From a virus (taxonomy: Duplodnaviria > Caudoviricetes), in the IMG/VR virus record IMGVR_UViG_3300020011_000226, positions 53,541 through 117,540 of that record: a stretch of 64,000 nucleotides of DNA. The stretch is one strand, 5' to 3'. Below the pieces are notes generated by a model. The model saw only the letters and a list, made by a program, of their open reading frames with translations, did no database searches and was not told the origin of the DNA. A program made the position numbers and the translations under genes. Position 1 is the first letter of the stretch. Each line of letters starts with the position of its first letter. Positions 11,819 to 22,246 of this stretch are shown here, in pieces.

Positions 11819-12091
11819 TTACCTGTCTGTGGTTGCTTCATTATGTTTATCTGGGACTTGTATTTTGGTAATATCCCAATGACCCCCTCCACCTCTAAAT
11901 GATGTGTCATGTACACTGAAAAATATATTTTCTTCTGGACAATAAACAAACCAAGTTTCATCTCTACAGTAATCGGTATCACCTCTGGCAAGAATATAAT
12001 CTAATTCAACACAATTATAGCGTTTTCCTTCGTATATAACATCCATCTTATTCTCACCCAATCGAAAAAAATCATTTTTTGGTTTTTCCAT
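11819..12091 (-). CDS. Hypothetical protein
   Basis: 90 aa ORF abutting the upstream gene. Confidence 0.6.
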   Translation of the reverse strand: MEKPKNDFFRLGENKMDVIYEGKRYNCVELDYILARGDTDYCRDETWFVYCPEENIFFSVHDTSFRGGGGHWDITKIQVPDKHNEATTDR

Positions 12092-12664
12092 TTATTCTTC
12101 TATCTCAAATTCATGGACATAAATAAAGTTTTCATCATCAGTACCAGAGTCTTCATAGTCAGAGTTGAACTTCTCCACATCCTCCTTAGACTTCACTCTG
12201 CCATAAGTCAGTTTGGCAAGCCACTCATAGACCTGTTCTTCAGTTTTAAAGTATTCAGAGTTGTAGATGTCATCAATAGCAGTATCTACCCAGTATCTAT
12301 CATGGAAGTATTTTCCTTCCTTGTCATTAGTACAGTAGATTTCCATATCAGACTCCTCTACAACCCAATATACCTTGATGTCAAGGAACTGTTTCTCCAG
12401 AAGCTCCGCAAAGTCCTGTAAGCCCCATCTTTCCTCAGACCAGAACCTTAAAGCCCCAGTCTTCTCATCCCATGTAGGCTCTTCCTCTATTTCACCTCCA
12501 AGCCTTGTGCCATCAGTGATAGGGAGTTTCAGATACTCTGCTGCCTGATACATCTCATACCTTTTATCATCGCTGTTGACTGCTACTATAAGGGCTTCTG
12601 CTATCTTCTTCAGGGATTCCTCAGAGCCTTCAATGGCATAAGCCACACTTGCCATATTTGCCAT
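12092..12664 (-). CDS. Hypothetical phage protein
   Basis: 190 aa acidic ORF, tightly packed in the operon. Confidence 0.75.
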   Translation of the reverse strand: MANMASVAYAIEGSEESLKKIAEALIVAVNSDDKRYEMYQAAEYLKLPITDGTRLGGEIEEEPTWDEKTGALRFWSEERWGLQDFAELLEKQFLDIKVYWVVEESDMEIYCTNDKEGKYFHDRYWVDTAIDDIYNSEYFKTEEQVYEWLAKLTYGRVKSKEDVEKFNSDYEDSGTDDENFIYVHEFEIEE

Positions 12665-12971
12665 ACTATTTCTTTGGTTTTGGTAATTGTTTGTCTATCC
12701 ATCGAATAGTCTTCTCAAGATAGCCTTGCAGTTTCTCTCTTTCAGCTGTTGTCAGGCATGAGCCTTCAATAGCTGCACAGGAATCACACTCTCCATACAG
12801 ATTGGATAGTTGATTCCTTAATCCTATAATCCACTTATGCCTAATCATGATTATTCTCCTTTTTCATATAAATCTTCTGGTACAAACACAGCTCCATCTA
12901 TCTCTGTACAGATGTAGCAGTTTTCTCTTCCTATAAACTCTTGGCTCTCAGGCCACTCTACTAAATAATAT

Positions 12972-13310
12972 TTATCCATGTTGATCTCTTTTAGGGTTAG
13001 GGTATGCTTTCAGGAAATCATCAACTGTCTCAAAGAACTCTCTTTCCTTGGAGAAATAGTCGTCCCAGGTTAGCCACACTTTGATTCTCTCTTCTGGACT
13101 GAGCTTATTTATCTCTTCTCCATCAGTTTTATCAGTACCCCCCACACCATGAATATCTCTATAGAAATGCTCATCGGGGTGATAGACAAGCCATACAGAG
13201 TCTTTAAACTTAGCACATGCACAGACATAGTATCCTGCATCCTCCAGTTTCTTTCTAATTTCTGGAGAGTTCTGTTTGATAAATACTGTCTTGCTCATGG
13301 TTGTGTGCAA
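12972..13310 (-). CDS. Hypothetical protein
   Basis: ORF packed in the minus-strand operon. Confidence 0.65.
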   Translation of the reverse strand: MHTTMSKTVFIKQNSPEIRKKLEDAGYYVCACAKFKDSVWLVYHPDEHFYRDIHGVGGTDKTDGEEINKLSPEERIKVWLTWDDYFSKEREFFETVDDFLKAYPNPKRDQHG

Positions 13311-13657
13311 TACTGGCCAAACATAGAACTGAACATAGACTGCTCCATATAGCAGACAGGACTATTGATGTCTTTGAACATTCTCTCCTTGGCATCCTTA
13401 GTTATTCCTATTAACCTGCCTGTGCGATAGGGATTCTTTCCTGATTCTCCATCTCTCACCTCAATAATCATCAGACCTTTAGCATCAATGACTTTCTTGC
13501 AGTCATCACAGAGTCCCATAGCTACATCACGGGGAGCTTCTGCATCTGCCTTAAGCCTGCCAAATAAGGCAAGACCAATCTCTTTTCCACAGCACTCACA
13601 ATGGTTTATTGATGAATTTAACCCATGTTTAGAGGATAAAATAATGCTTTTTCCCAT
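13295..13657 (-). CDS. Zn-binding hypothetical protein
   Basis: CxxC...CxxC pairs (CECCG, LCDDC). Confidence 0.7.
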   Translation of the reverse strand: MGKSIILSSKHGLNSSINHCECCGKEIGLALFGRLKADAEAPRDVAMGLCDDCKKVIDAKGLMIIEVRDGESGKNPYRTGRLIGITKDAKERMFKDINSPVCYMEQSMFSSMFGQYCTQP

Positions 13658-13661
13658 GGTT

Positions 13662-13907
13662 TTACTCTATTAGTTCATTTATAATTGTTTTAACTTTACC
13701 CACATAGCCATTAGTCATCTCAATAATATGGACATACTCCATGTTAGAGAGGCTGTAGATAAGAAGAGGATTATGGATGACTGCTATCAGCTGCACCTGA
13801 GGGTGCTCATAGGAAAGCATACCCTTGATGTGCTGAAAGTTCTCTAAGTCAGGAAGATAGCTGCTAGCAGCCCTTTGATTGTCTTTGATTACTAACTTAT
13901 GAATCAT
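13662..13907 (-). pseudogene. Internally deleted ABC/AAA-type ATPase remnant
   Basis: Has an ATPase-like N-terminus (MIHKLVIKDN) and an H-loop C-terminus (QLIAVIHNPLL), but no Walker A/B. Confidence 0.45.
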
Positions 13908-14259
13908 ACTCTTTCCAGTATAGCTTATTCATTAGAAATATTTTAGGAATTAATATGAGTGTGATTTGGTCTTTACACTGATTGGAGTATATCACGTACT
14001 TGAAAGGATTAAAGTTATCCCTCATGTCGATGTGCTCATTAGAGACTGCTTCATCATCTTCATAGAAGGTAAATTCAAGCTTATGCTCCCCATATTCAAT
14101 CTTGAAATCAACCCATTTGTCTGTGGTGTTTATGAGGATCTTGATAATACCAGTGTAGTGAACACTCTTATAAACTGATTTTATCATAGCATTATTTCTT
14201 TAGTTATGCCAATCTCCTATTTGAATATCTTTTGTGTCCATAACAAATACTGTTTACTC

Positions 14260-14871
14260 TTAGCTAAACTCTGTATAACCTGCAAATCTTAAACCATCTG
14301 AATAGAAGTCAAAATTATTATGGGAGGTAAACTCATAGCCTTCAGCTTTGAGAAGGTCTGTCAGTTCTCCTGTGATTGGGTAAAGGTGACCAGGATGCTC
14401 ATCTTCATAGGCAGCTCCATCCCAACCCTCATCTTTCTTGTCATGGCCCCACTCAAGAGCCATCTTCCAGAACTCTTCCTTGTCCAGAAGCTCATCATAC
14501 TCATCATAAATAAGTACATCTTCACGGAAGATAAAGTCATGGAGCCCCTTCTTGGTCAGAGGATAGGTGTAGAGAGCTGTAGATGGTTCTTCCTTCCAAC
14601 CTCTCATACCATTCTCATCCACCAGATGCCCATGCCTGATGACAAAGACGTTTGGATTCCACAGGAATTTCCAGCTACAGCTCCTTTTACCAAGATGTAC
14701 TCTTCCACCTAAAATACAATTAGTATCACTGTCCCACTGCTTGTATATGTCCCCATATAGCTCTGAAATCAGCCTCTCTATCAGGCCGAAATCATTTGCT
14801 TCTATGGCATCATGCAGTTTCTGCCTTTTCTCCTTTGAGGGGATTATATGTGCATAATAGTTTGTACTCAT
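14260..14871 (-). CDS. Hypothetical phage protein
   Basis: 203 aa; MSTNYY...HLGKRSCSWKFLW pattern common in phages. Confidence 0.75.
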   Translation of the reverse strand: MSTNYYAHIIPSKEKRQKLHDAIEANDFGLIERLISELYGDIYKQWDSDTNCILGGRVHLGKRSCSWKFLWNPNVFVIRHGHLVDENGMRGWKEEPSTALYTYPLTKKGLHDFIFREDVLIYDEYDELLDKEEFWKMALEWGHDKKDEGWDGAAYEDEHPGHLYPITGELTDLLKAEGYEFTSHNNFDFYSDGLRFAGYTEFS

Positions 14872-15577
14872 ATTTCCTAAGTATTAATGTTACGCTTGTC
14901 TTTGAATGATGTTCTCATCCCATTTGGCAGCTCTCTCAGCTTCAGCAATGTATCTTTTTGCCTGTACTTTGGTTCTGCCTCCTTTGTTCCAGTACCATTC
15001 CTTCCAGTAACCTGGCTTATGGTAGTCTTTCTTCATACTCTTTGATTGCTGGGTAATACCTCAAAAGGCTTGCCTTTGAGGGAAGGTCTTTGCTCCTCCA
15101 CATATTTTACAAGTTCATCATAGTCATAGCCCTCAACCCATTCACCATTGACTAAGGTAGGAAAGCCACGCTTAGTGTATTTCAATTGGCCTTTATAGAC
15201 ACCATTGAGCATAATGTCAAGGAAGATTGGTTTCATGTGAGAATGCCTTTATGACTGATTATCTCTATATCCTCACCAAACATCCAGCTACAGTTGCTGC
15301 AATGGTAGCCAATCTTCTCCAAGTATTCCTCATCAATATTGGCTTCGGTATCTACATTGTGGATATGCACAGTAGAAGTACTGTAATCCAGAATAACTAA
15401 TTTCTCCATATTACTTTAGCTTTTTTAATATTTGCTCACTTGCTTCTGTAAGCTGCTTACAGTAGCTTTTATGCCACTGCATGTCATAGTCATCTCCTTC
15501 TGACTTGATGCTAGAAGCTATAGATTTTACCCTCATTGCAAATACTATTGCCTCATGAATTTTATCTTTTTGGGTCA

Positions 15578-16018
15578 TTACTTTTTCTTTTTAGTTGTTT
15601 TTATTTTCTTCTTATCAAGATAGTCTTTCCACTCATAGGAAGCACCATTAAGTAGTCTGAATACAGTACCTAACAAATAGCAGAAGGGCTCTTGGTCAGC
15701 ATAGTTTACATGAGCACCAATATAATTGAATATCTCTAAGACAACATGACCACACTCATGGCAGAAATAAGAACCCTTTGAGTTCTCCATATCAGGAATC
15801 CAGACAAGCAGGCAGAACTGCTGGGATTCTTTGTTTCTTACATGATAGGTAGTAGCCCCATAGTCTTCCTTAGGCTTTCCTATCTTAGTGTAACCCTTAT
15901 CCAGAGGCTCATAGTATTTATTAACCTCCTCCTCCACATCCCCAAACACTGCTACAAATGGTACAGGGTAGACTACCAAATCAAACTCCTTGATTATTCC
16001 CTTCTCGCTCAGTATCAT
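15578..16018 (-). CDS. Zincin-like (HExxH) protein
   Basis: CHECGH followed by a downstream EPFCYLL. Confidence 0.65.
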   Translation of the reverse strand: MILSEKGIIKEFDLVVYPVPFVAVFGDVEEEVNKYYEPLDKGYTKIGKPKEDYGATTYHVRNKESQQFCLLVWIPDMENSKGSYFCHECGHVVLEIFNYIGAHVNYADQEPFCYLLGTVFRLLNGASYEWKDYLDKKKIKTTKKKK

Positions 16019-16241
16019 TGTTTACTCCAATTAAAGTGTCCTCAGGGACTTCATCCCATGCCCCACACTTAGAACAGTGAAAGACATGAAAGAATCCCTT
16101 CTCATTCTCTTTGGTATAGACATGAAGCATTCTATGCCCACAATAAGGACATCTATGCAAATGGTATGCTATGAATAAGTCAATACCAATAAACAGTGCC
16201 ATACCTGATATAAAGATACATATTCCTATAAGAATGCTCAT
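15981..16241 (-). CDS. Membrane-anchored Zn-ribbon protein
   Basis: Hydrophobic N-terminus; CPYC and CSKC. Confidence 0.6.
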   Translation of the reverse strand: MSILIGICIFISGMALFIGIDLFIAYHLHRCPYCGHRMLHVYTKENEKGFFHVFHCSKCGAWDEVPEDTLIGVNNDTEREGNNQGV

Positions 16242-16335
16242 TGTATTAATTCCTTGTTTTTGTTAGCCATAGTAAAGTAGTGCAAATAATCACTGCTACC
16301 ACTAATCTTAATGCGATTTCTTGTCCTGTCATACC

Positions 16336-16755
16336 TTAATTCTCCATAAATACAGTTTCATCCTCTACCCAGCCTTCACACTCTTTGATTAAGCCCTCTG
16401 TAAATCCTGGACTCTTAAATACCAGTCCATTTCTTAAATTCTCTTCAAGACATTGCTTAAAGAGCCCTAATAATTGTAAGGGAGTATGATTGCCCCCATC
16501 ATGGTATTCATCCGCCCAATTAGTGTCAGAGGTGTCTGGGTTATCATGATAGGGTATTGCCATAGTACCACCCTCATCATCCATCTCATAGTCCACTCCA
16601 GAAGCTCCTGGAATATAGTTGTTGGTGGTCACTGTGACAGTTTTACTGAGGGACTGGGAACAGGTTATCTCAAAGTCCTCATCGGGTACTACTTCTTGGT
16701 TCCAAGGCGCGTCTGCTGTATCAGCCCCTAGGGGGTAGTGGTTGTTGTCGTACAT
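16336..16755 (-). CDS. Hypothetical phage protein
   Basis: YPLGA...APWNQ motif; packed ORF. Confidence 0.7.
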   Translation of the reverse strand: MYDNNHYPLGADTADAPWNQEVVPDEDFEITCSQSLSKTVTVTTNNYIPGASGVDYEMDDEGGTMAIPYHDNPDTSDTNWADEYHDGGNHTPLQLLGLFKQCLEENLRNGLVFKSPGFTEGLIKECEGWVEDETVFMEN

Positions 16756-17204
16756 TACTTCTCCTCCTTCAGGTCTAACTTGTTAAGTCTGTCGATGATG
16801 TTGTTGCGAGTATCAATAAGATACAAATTATCAACACAGTTCAAACCAAAGAGAATAACATCCTGCTCCTTATAAGCCTGTTCAACACGTTTCTCCAGTT
16901 TTTCCTTATGGGGGCTGTCCTCCTTCAGAATCCAAGGATTGTCAAAATAATAATTCTGAAGCACAGTTTCCTTATTTTCCTCAGTCTCCATCTTGACAGC
17001 AAGAATCTTGTTGCCCTCATTACCCCCCATCAGTTCCCAACCATCATACTGGTCATTGACTATCAGCTTCTTGAGTTTAGCTCTGAGGATTCCCCGAGCA
17101 CTCTCCTCATACTTTACACACTCTTCCTGTGACCTGAATGTGGTTCCATCTACAGCCTCATACATAATGTCATAGACTGTCCTCTTTTCTTCTATAGTTT
17201 TCAT
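16755..17204 (-). CDS. Hypothetical phage protein
   Basis: YEAxDGTxF...C..YE motif; coupled start and stop. Confidence 0.7.
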   Translation of the reverse strand: MKTIEEKRTVYDIMYEAVDGTTFRSQEECVKYEESARGILRAKLKKLIVNDQYDGWELMGGNEGNKILAVKMETEENKETVLQNYYFDNPWILKEDSPHKEKLEKRVEQAYKEQDVILFGLNCVDNLYLIDTRNNIIDRLNKLDLKEEK

Positions 17205-17812
17205 GATTGTTTCCTTCCTGTTAATTCTAAAAATTTATTTTGCAGATATATCTCCGTCGCTTCTTTACCTTTACGATAGTATCTGTTCATAAGGGTCTTA
17301 TATGGTATATGAACTAAGTCAGCACATTCTTTTGCAGTCTTAGAAGTTCCTTCAAGTAAGAATCGTATAGTAGTAGTTCTATTCTGATTTTGTTGCAGGT
17401 ATGTTGCCCATCTACAATTATCAGGAGAATAATCTTTGCTATTGTCAATTCTATCAATAGTTAGGGTGTCATTATAACCATTACTAATAGCCCATTTCTC
17501 AAAAACTTTATATGAATTTGCCCACTCATCACAGACTTCAATCCCCTTACTCCCATAAATATAATTGTAGCTGGGATTATTTGCATTAAAGCATCTGGTT
17601 TTCATATTAGTCCATATCCTATAAAGTCTTTCACTGACAGGATGAATACAACTACAACCATTACTGCCCCTGTAGAAATGACTTCTCCACATGGTGAATG
17701 TGTTGCTACATAAAGGACACTTGCATAGAAGTAGAACATTAGCTTCTTTCCTCTCTAATTCTTGAAGTTTTTCTACTCCAGCTTTATTTTTGCTAACCTT
17801 ACTTCTTCTCAT
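17201..17812 (-). CDS. HNH-type homing endonuclease
   Basis: LYRIWxNMKxRC...YGxKGIxVCxEW...TIDRIDN..YSPxNCRWAT signature. Confidence 0.85.
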   Translation of the reverse strand: MRRSKVSKNKAGVEKLQELERKEANVLLLCKCPLCSNTFTMWRSHFYRGSNGCSCIHPVSERLYRIWTNMKTRCFNANNPSYNYIYGSKGIEVCDEWANSYKVFEKWAISNGYNDTLTIDRIDNSKDYSPDNCRWATYLQQNQNRTTTIRFLLEGTSKTAKECADLVHIPYKTLMNRYYRKGKEATEIYLQNKFLELTGRKQS

Positions 17813-18300
17813 TCATTTAGCTCTAAATATTTATTTAAGTACCATACTGCTTTGAGTACATCAGTCTTACCATTCTTGAACTGATGTCTAAAGATGTATT
17901 TAAGAGCATTGCAGATACAGAAACTTGCTGCTTCTTCATTACCAAAAGCTGCCCTCATGCAAGATATAGCATCTATGTTTAAATCAGGAACCTTCGACTG
18001 GTAGTGGCTTGGGTTATTCACTTGGTCATCATCGGGATCAGGTTCTACATTAGTTTCTTTCTCAGTATCCTTATATTCAGAAGGGGCATTTTTTGCAATT
18101 ATTACTGCCTTGTTGAAGTCAAAATCATCCTTAAGATCCTCTGCTGTAAGTGATTTACCTACATTCATTATCGTTTTTTCCATACTAGGATCTTTCATTC
18201 CCTTGGCAATCAGATAGATAATGGCTTTTGTGCTTTCTAAATTATACTTAGTTGTCATTCTGTGGCTCATCCTCGGTGTTAGTTGTTTCAGATAATTCAT
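17809..18300 (-). CDS. DUF3310-like protein
   Basis: DQVNNPSHY...NALKYIFR...KNG..D..KAVWY. Confidence 0.85.
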   Translation of the reverse strand: MNYLKQLTPRMSHRMTTKYNLESTKAIIYLIAKGMKDPSMEKTIMNVGKSLTAEDLKDDFDFNKAVIIAKNAPSEYKDTEKETNVEPDPDDDQVNNPSHYQSKVPDLNIDAISCMRAAFGNEEAASFCICNALKYIFRHQFKNGKTDVLKAVWYLNKYLELNE

Positions 18301-18712
18301 TCAGGTACTCATAGTCAACCTGTTTGATTCCTTCTATTTGCATGTCATAGCCTTGACGGGCAAGCTGAGAGGCGTTGGCATTAGCTTCTGTGAGAGAGTT
18401 AGCCCATAAGAGGACTTTGTATTTCAGCTTCTTCTCAGTACCATCATTATCCAACCAGATGTCAATAAGAGTAGCTAAATAAGAATAGTCCCCACTAATA
18501 AACTGTGTAGCTACTTCCTTGATGGGAGACTGTCTTAAAGATAAAATCTCTGAACTTTCTATCAAGCCTTCCTGCTGTTCTGTGGTAAGTTTGGAAAGGA
18601 CAGCATACTCTGCTTCTGAGAAGAGTTCTCTGTCAAGAACAAAGCTTTCAACTTTCTTTCTTGTCTTGCCATCAATGACTCTGGCAACTTTTGCTTTTAC
18701 TTCTATTAACAT
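18248..18712 (-). CDS. DUF4494-like Bacteroidota protein
   Basis: DG..KKV.E.F.....FSEAE ... G.EKK....L..A pattern. Confidence 0.65.
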   Translation of the reverse strand: MLIEVKAKVARVIDGKTRKKVESFVLDRELFSEAEYAVLSKLTTEQQEGLIESSEILSLRQSPIKEVATQFISGDYSYLATLIDIWLDNDGTEKKLKYKVLLWANSLTEANANASQLARQGYDMQIEGIKQVDYEYLNELSETTNTEDEPQNDN

Positions 18713-18740
18713 GTTACATCTTTTTAAATCAGTTTGTACA

Positions 18741-18998
18741 CTATAAAGCTGCTGCTATACGGGATATTCCACATTCCTTCATCTTGGAATTGATGTAGTT
18801 GTTGCGGAATATAGAGAGCTGCTGGATTATCTCTTTGGTAGTCCATGAGGAATCTATAGGGGCAAGAGGAGTACCATTATAGGCTATGTACAGGTTATTG
18901 TCAAAGTCTTGTATGGTGATACTATCCTCTGCCTGTCTTGCAATCTCAGCCTGTCTGGCTGTCTGATGCTTTTCTTTGAGTGTTCTTATTAGTTCCAT
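18741..18998 (-). CDS. Hypothetical protein
   Basis: 85 aa ORF downstream of polA. Confidence 0.65.
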   Translation of the reverse strand: MELIRTLKEKHQTARQAEIARQAEDSITIQDFDNNLYIAYNGTPLAPIDSSWTTKEIIQQLSIFRNNYINSKMKECGISRIAAAL

Positions 18999-19024
18999 AC
19001 TATAAATAAGTTCTATCTGTTATG

Positions 19025-21094
19025 TCAGTGTTTCCAGAATTTTCCAACTTCTTCTTGGGCAGGAAGGGGCAGTTTATGACAGTAAAGAGCTCCAATAGAT
19101 TCCATGAAATGCTTAGTTGCAGTTACAACTTCATCAGTCAGTTCTTCTGGTGCCTCAAGACAAATCTCATCATGAACAGGAACACAGAAGAGAACTTTAT
19201 TGAAATATCCTTTCTCTATAATCCACTTGTATAGCTCATAATTGAATTGCTTGAATATAACAGCACCCAGTCCTTGAGTAGTTGAGTTGACGGAGTTCTT
19301 GTCCCACTTGCTCCAAGCAGCAAAATGTTCCTCATATATAGAAGGAATTGGCTCCTTAAGCTCTTCAAATCTTCTCTTGGCCTCTTTGTAACCCTCCCAA
19401 AACTCTGTAGAATGTTGTCTTTTATACCACTTATCCCAATCCCACCATTTAGCTATATGACCTGTTTCCTTGCAGATATAGATAATGCCTGACTTCTCAG
19501 TTCTTTGCTTACACATTTCTTGATACTTAGTAGCCCCTGCAAAACCCTTCTTGTAGTTGTCTTCGATGGTTTGGGCTTCTTCTTTTGGCATACCATAGTT
19601 CGCTACAAGAGTTGCCCAATTCCCCAAAAAAGCGAATGTAAACTCTGGACCTTTGGCTTTTTGTCTGAGGTCATGAAAATCCTTTTTTATTTTTCTGATG
19701 TCTATATCTCTTGGAATTAATTCTGGATAAATAAGATAGGCCACATAACTATGCATATCATAGCCTTTTTCAAAAACTTCAAGCATTCCTTTATCTCCAG
19801 ATAGACTGGCCAACAGCCTTGACTCTTCACTGTTATAATCAATGCTGATGAAGTTATTGCCTTCTTCGGCAATAAAGCAAGCTCTTACTTCATCTGTATT
19901 AGGGAGATTTTGAACTTGGGGATATGCACATTTTAGTTTTGGATCATTGGTTTTTAGTGGAAGTTTTTTCAGTTTAGCCAAATCTTCATTGGTCTTTTTG
20001 CTGCCACATGCAAGTCTTCCTGTATCAGTACCAAGTGCTCTAAACTCTGTATGTATTCTGCCTGTTATAGGGTTTATCGCATTAATATATTGCATTCCAT
20101 AGGTAGAGCACAATTTCTGAAGTCGTGAATACTCTGCAAATAGCTCGACAAATTCAGGATTTATCTTTTTCTGCTTCTTGATAAGTTTCAGTTCTTTGCT
20201 CTCAGTGTCTTCCTTTTTCTCCTTGTTATAGCCTTTAGTGCTGAACCCAAGAGCTTTAAGCAGGGGAACCACATCATCAGTACTATTCCAATTGATATTG
20301 CACTTAGGTGTTAAATCCCACCCATCAAAAAGATCTCCCTGAGTGTTAATATAAACAAACTTTGGATTGTTAAGAGCCACTACAAAGTCATCAAGAGCTT
20401 TCTTAGCATTCTTGAAGTCCTGAAGATTCTTTTTATAGAGAGCAATCCATGCTTTCTCATTAAGCTTTACTCCGCAGAACTCATAATAGGCACAGGGGAT
20501 AGTGAAAAGGCATTCGATTTTAAGAGCCTTTATAGCGTCGATAGATTTGAAATAAGCCACCTGCTGATTCATAATGTCTATAAGATCTACCACATCATTA
20601 GCAGCATAGACTATCACTTCTGTCACTAAACCAAGCTGGTTAATTTTTCCTCTAATAGACTTATCTATATCTTTACCAAGATACCTAAGAGCAACCTCCT
20701 TTAGGGACATTCTATACATTCCCTGAGGATAGGCCAAATATCTAAGCATCTCTGCCACCATAGTATCATAGCATCTCATCGGGCATATCCCAACAGCAAA
20801 TAGCATCTTAATATCATATTTCAGGTTATGTCCAATGAGAAAGCCGTTCTCTATTACCTTTTTATATAATAGAGGGTCAATAGTCATCAAGTCTACTACA
20901 ATCTGAATACTTTTATCAATACTTCCAAATTGCATAGTCAGCATCCTTGCTATATGGCAATCAAGTCCTGTGCCTTCAGTATCAAATTGAATCATTCGCC
21001 AAGAAGCAATCTCTTTGAGAGAATCCTCAACAGACATTATCTGATAATGGGGATTCTCAAAGAGTTCTTTTTGTTGGGTAACCAAAAATATCAT
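19025..21094 (-). CDS. polA: Family A DNA polymerase with 3'-5' exonuclease
   Basis: ExoI DTEGTG, ExoII GHNLKYD, ExoIII YAANDV; motif A DYNSEESR, motif B RQKAKGPEF, motif C VHDE. Confidence 0.95.
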   Translation of the reverse strand: MIFLVTQQKELFENPHYQIMSVEDSLKEIASWRMIQFDTEGTGLDCHIARMLTMQFGSIDKSIQIVVDLMTIDPLLYKKVIENGFLIGHNLKYDIKMLFAVGICPMRCYDTMVAEMLRYLAYPQGMYRMSLKEVALRYLGKDIDKSIRGKINQLGLVTEVIVYAANDVVDLIDIMNQQVAYFKSIDAIKALKIECLFTIPCAYYEFCGVKLNEKAWIALYKKNLQDFKNAKKALDDFVVALNNPKFVYINTQGDLFDGWDLTPKCNINWNSTDDVVPLLKALGFSTKGYNKEKKEDTESKELKLIKKQKKINPEFVELFAEYSRLQKLCSTYGMQYINAINPITGRIHTEFRALGTDTGRLACGSKKTNEDLAKLKKLPLKTNDPKLKCAYPQVQNLPNTDEVRACFIAEEGNNFISIDYNSEESRLLASLSGDKGMLEVFEKGYDMHSYVAYLIYPELIPRDIDIRKIKKDFHDLRQKAKGPEFTFAFLGNWATLVANYGMPKEEAQTIEDNYKKGFAGATKYQEMCKQRTEKSGIIYICKETGHIAKWWDWDKWYKRQHSTEFWEGYKEAKRRFEELKEPIPSIYEEHFAAWSKWDKNSVNSTTQGLGAVIFKQFNYELYKWIIEKGYFNKVLFCVPVHDEICLEAPEELTDEVVTATKHFMESIGALYCHKLPLPAQEEVGKFWKH

Positions 21095-21582
21095 TTCTTA
21101 CTGTAGGCTGTTAGGTTCTGATAGTCTAAGATTACTTGATGCTCACGGAGGAATCTGGAGCCAATAATGCCATGCATAATGACTCCTGTCTCCCTCTTCA
21201 GCAGCTTGAGGGCTTCCTGCATATCATTGACAATGAACTTGTCAGTATATTCCTCATCACCACACTTGAATGTAATGCTGCATGCAGATACATTTGAGAC
21301 TCCTCCTACACCAGACAGGGTGTTTGGCATGGATGGGTCATCTAGGACAGTATGAGTAATGGTTGATAATACAGATTTATCTATAATATTATGTTCTGAG
21401 CCAGAATCTAGTAGGAAAATCAGTTCTTTATCTCCTTGATGGAATGTAGCCAAAGGAACATTAGGACTGATAAAACCTTGTCTGAAGGACACAGAGAAGA
21501 AAGAGGAAGTGTTTTCTTTATTGTTCATACCTTTAACAAAAATAATTGTTAGATTGGTTCTTATTGCCAGTGCCTTCTCCAA
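21091..21582 (-). CDS. Retropepsin-like aspartyl protease
   Basis: FLLDSGS catalytic motif and GIIGxxFL. The true start is probably the internal Met (MNNKEN). Confidence 0.8.
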   Translation of the reverse strand: MEKALAIRTNLTIIFVKGMNNKENTSSFFSVSFRQGFISPNVPLATFHQGDKELIFLLDSGSEHNIIDKSVLSTITHTVLDDPSMPNTLSGVGGVSNVSACSITFKCGDEEYTDKFIVNDMQEALKLLKRETGVIMHGIIGSRFLREHQVILDYQNLTAYSKK

Positions 21583-22099
21583 TACCGCCTCTTGAAGGAT
21601 TGCCGAGGTTATTAACTTTTTTGAGTTTTACCTTCGAGGAGAAAAGCCAATGAAGTTTTTGCCAAATGGTGGCCTGCTGTTTTAGTTGAATTCTGAACTG
21701 TGCTATTCTTGTACCTTTAGGAATAGTAAGAGTTCTTGTTGCTATGACAGGGAGCTTCCATTCATCATTGTTTCCACAAAAACTACAGTCAATAATACCT
21801 TCAGAATTGGTTTGGATGATGCCCCAGTTCTTAAAAGTAGAGCTACGAGGAACCAAGATGGCCTCATATCCCGCAGGAATTTTCATTGCCACTCCCAAAG
21901 GAATCAAACAAGAAAAGAACTCCACGTCTCTTGTTCTAACTTCATGGCTTGGGTTCTTACCTGTACTCCTAACGTGCATCTTATGTGCCTGAGGAGCTTT
22001 GAGGACTATATCATCCGCTGTAGATAGATCAATATAGTCGCCTATTTTAAATTCTTGCGGAAAGCATCCTTCTGTTTTTTCTAAAACTTTAATTGTCAT
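21533..22099 (-). CDS. dut: Trimeric dUTPase
   Basis: PRSS, GIIDxSF, RIAQ and RGGxGxG motifs. Confidence 0.92.
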   Translation of the reverse strand: MTIKVLEKTEGCFPQEFKIGDYIDLSTADDIVLKAPQAHKMHVRSTGKNPSHEVRTRDVEFFSCLIPLGVAMKIPAGYEAILVPRSSTFKNWGIIQTNSEGIIDCSFCGNNDEWKLPVIATRTLTIPKGTRIAQFRIQLKQQATIWQKLHWLFSSKVKLKKVNNLGNPSRGGIGEGTGNKNQSNNYFC

Positions 22100-22246
22100 G
22101 TATTTTTTCTAATTCTTTTAATTGGGATTTAAAACTTTTGATTGCTGTGTTGATGTTCACATTGTTACCTGGGAATTCATTGGCTATCTCTTCCAGCCAA
22201 TCTACCCAGCTTTTCAGTTTGTGATACCTGCTTATAGATTCCATTG

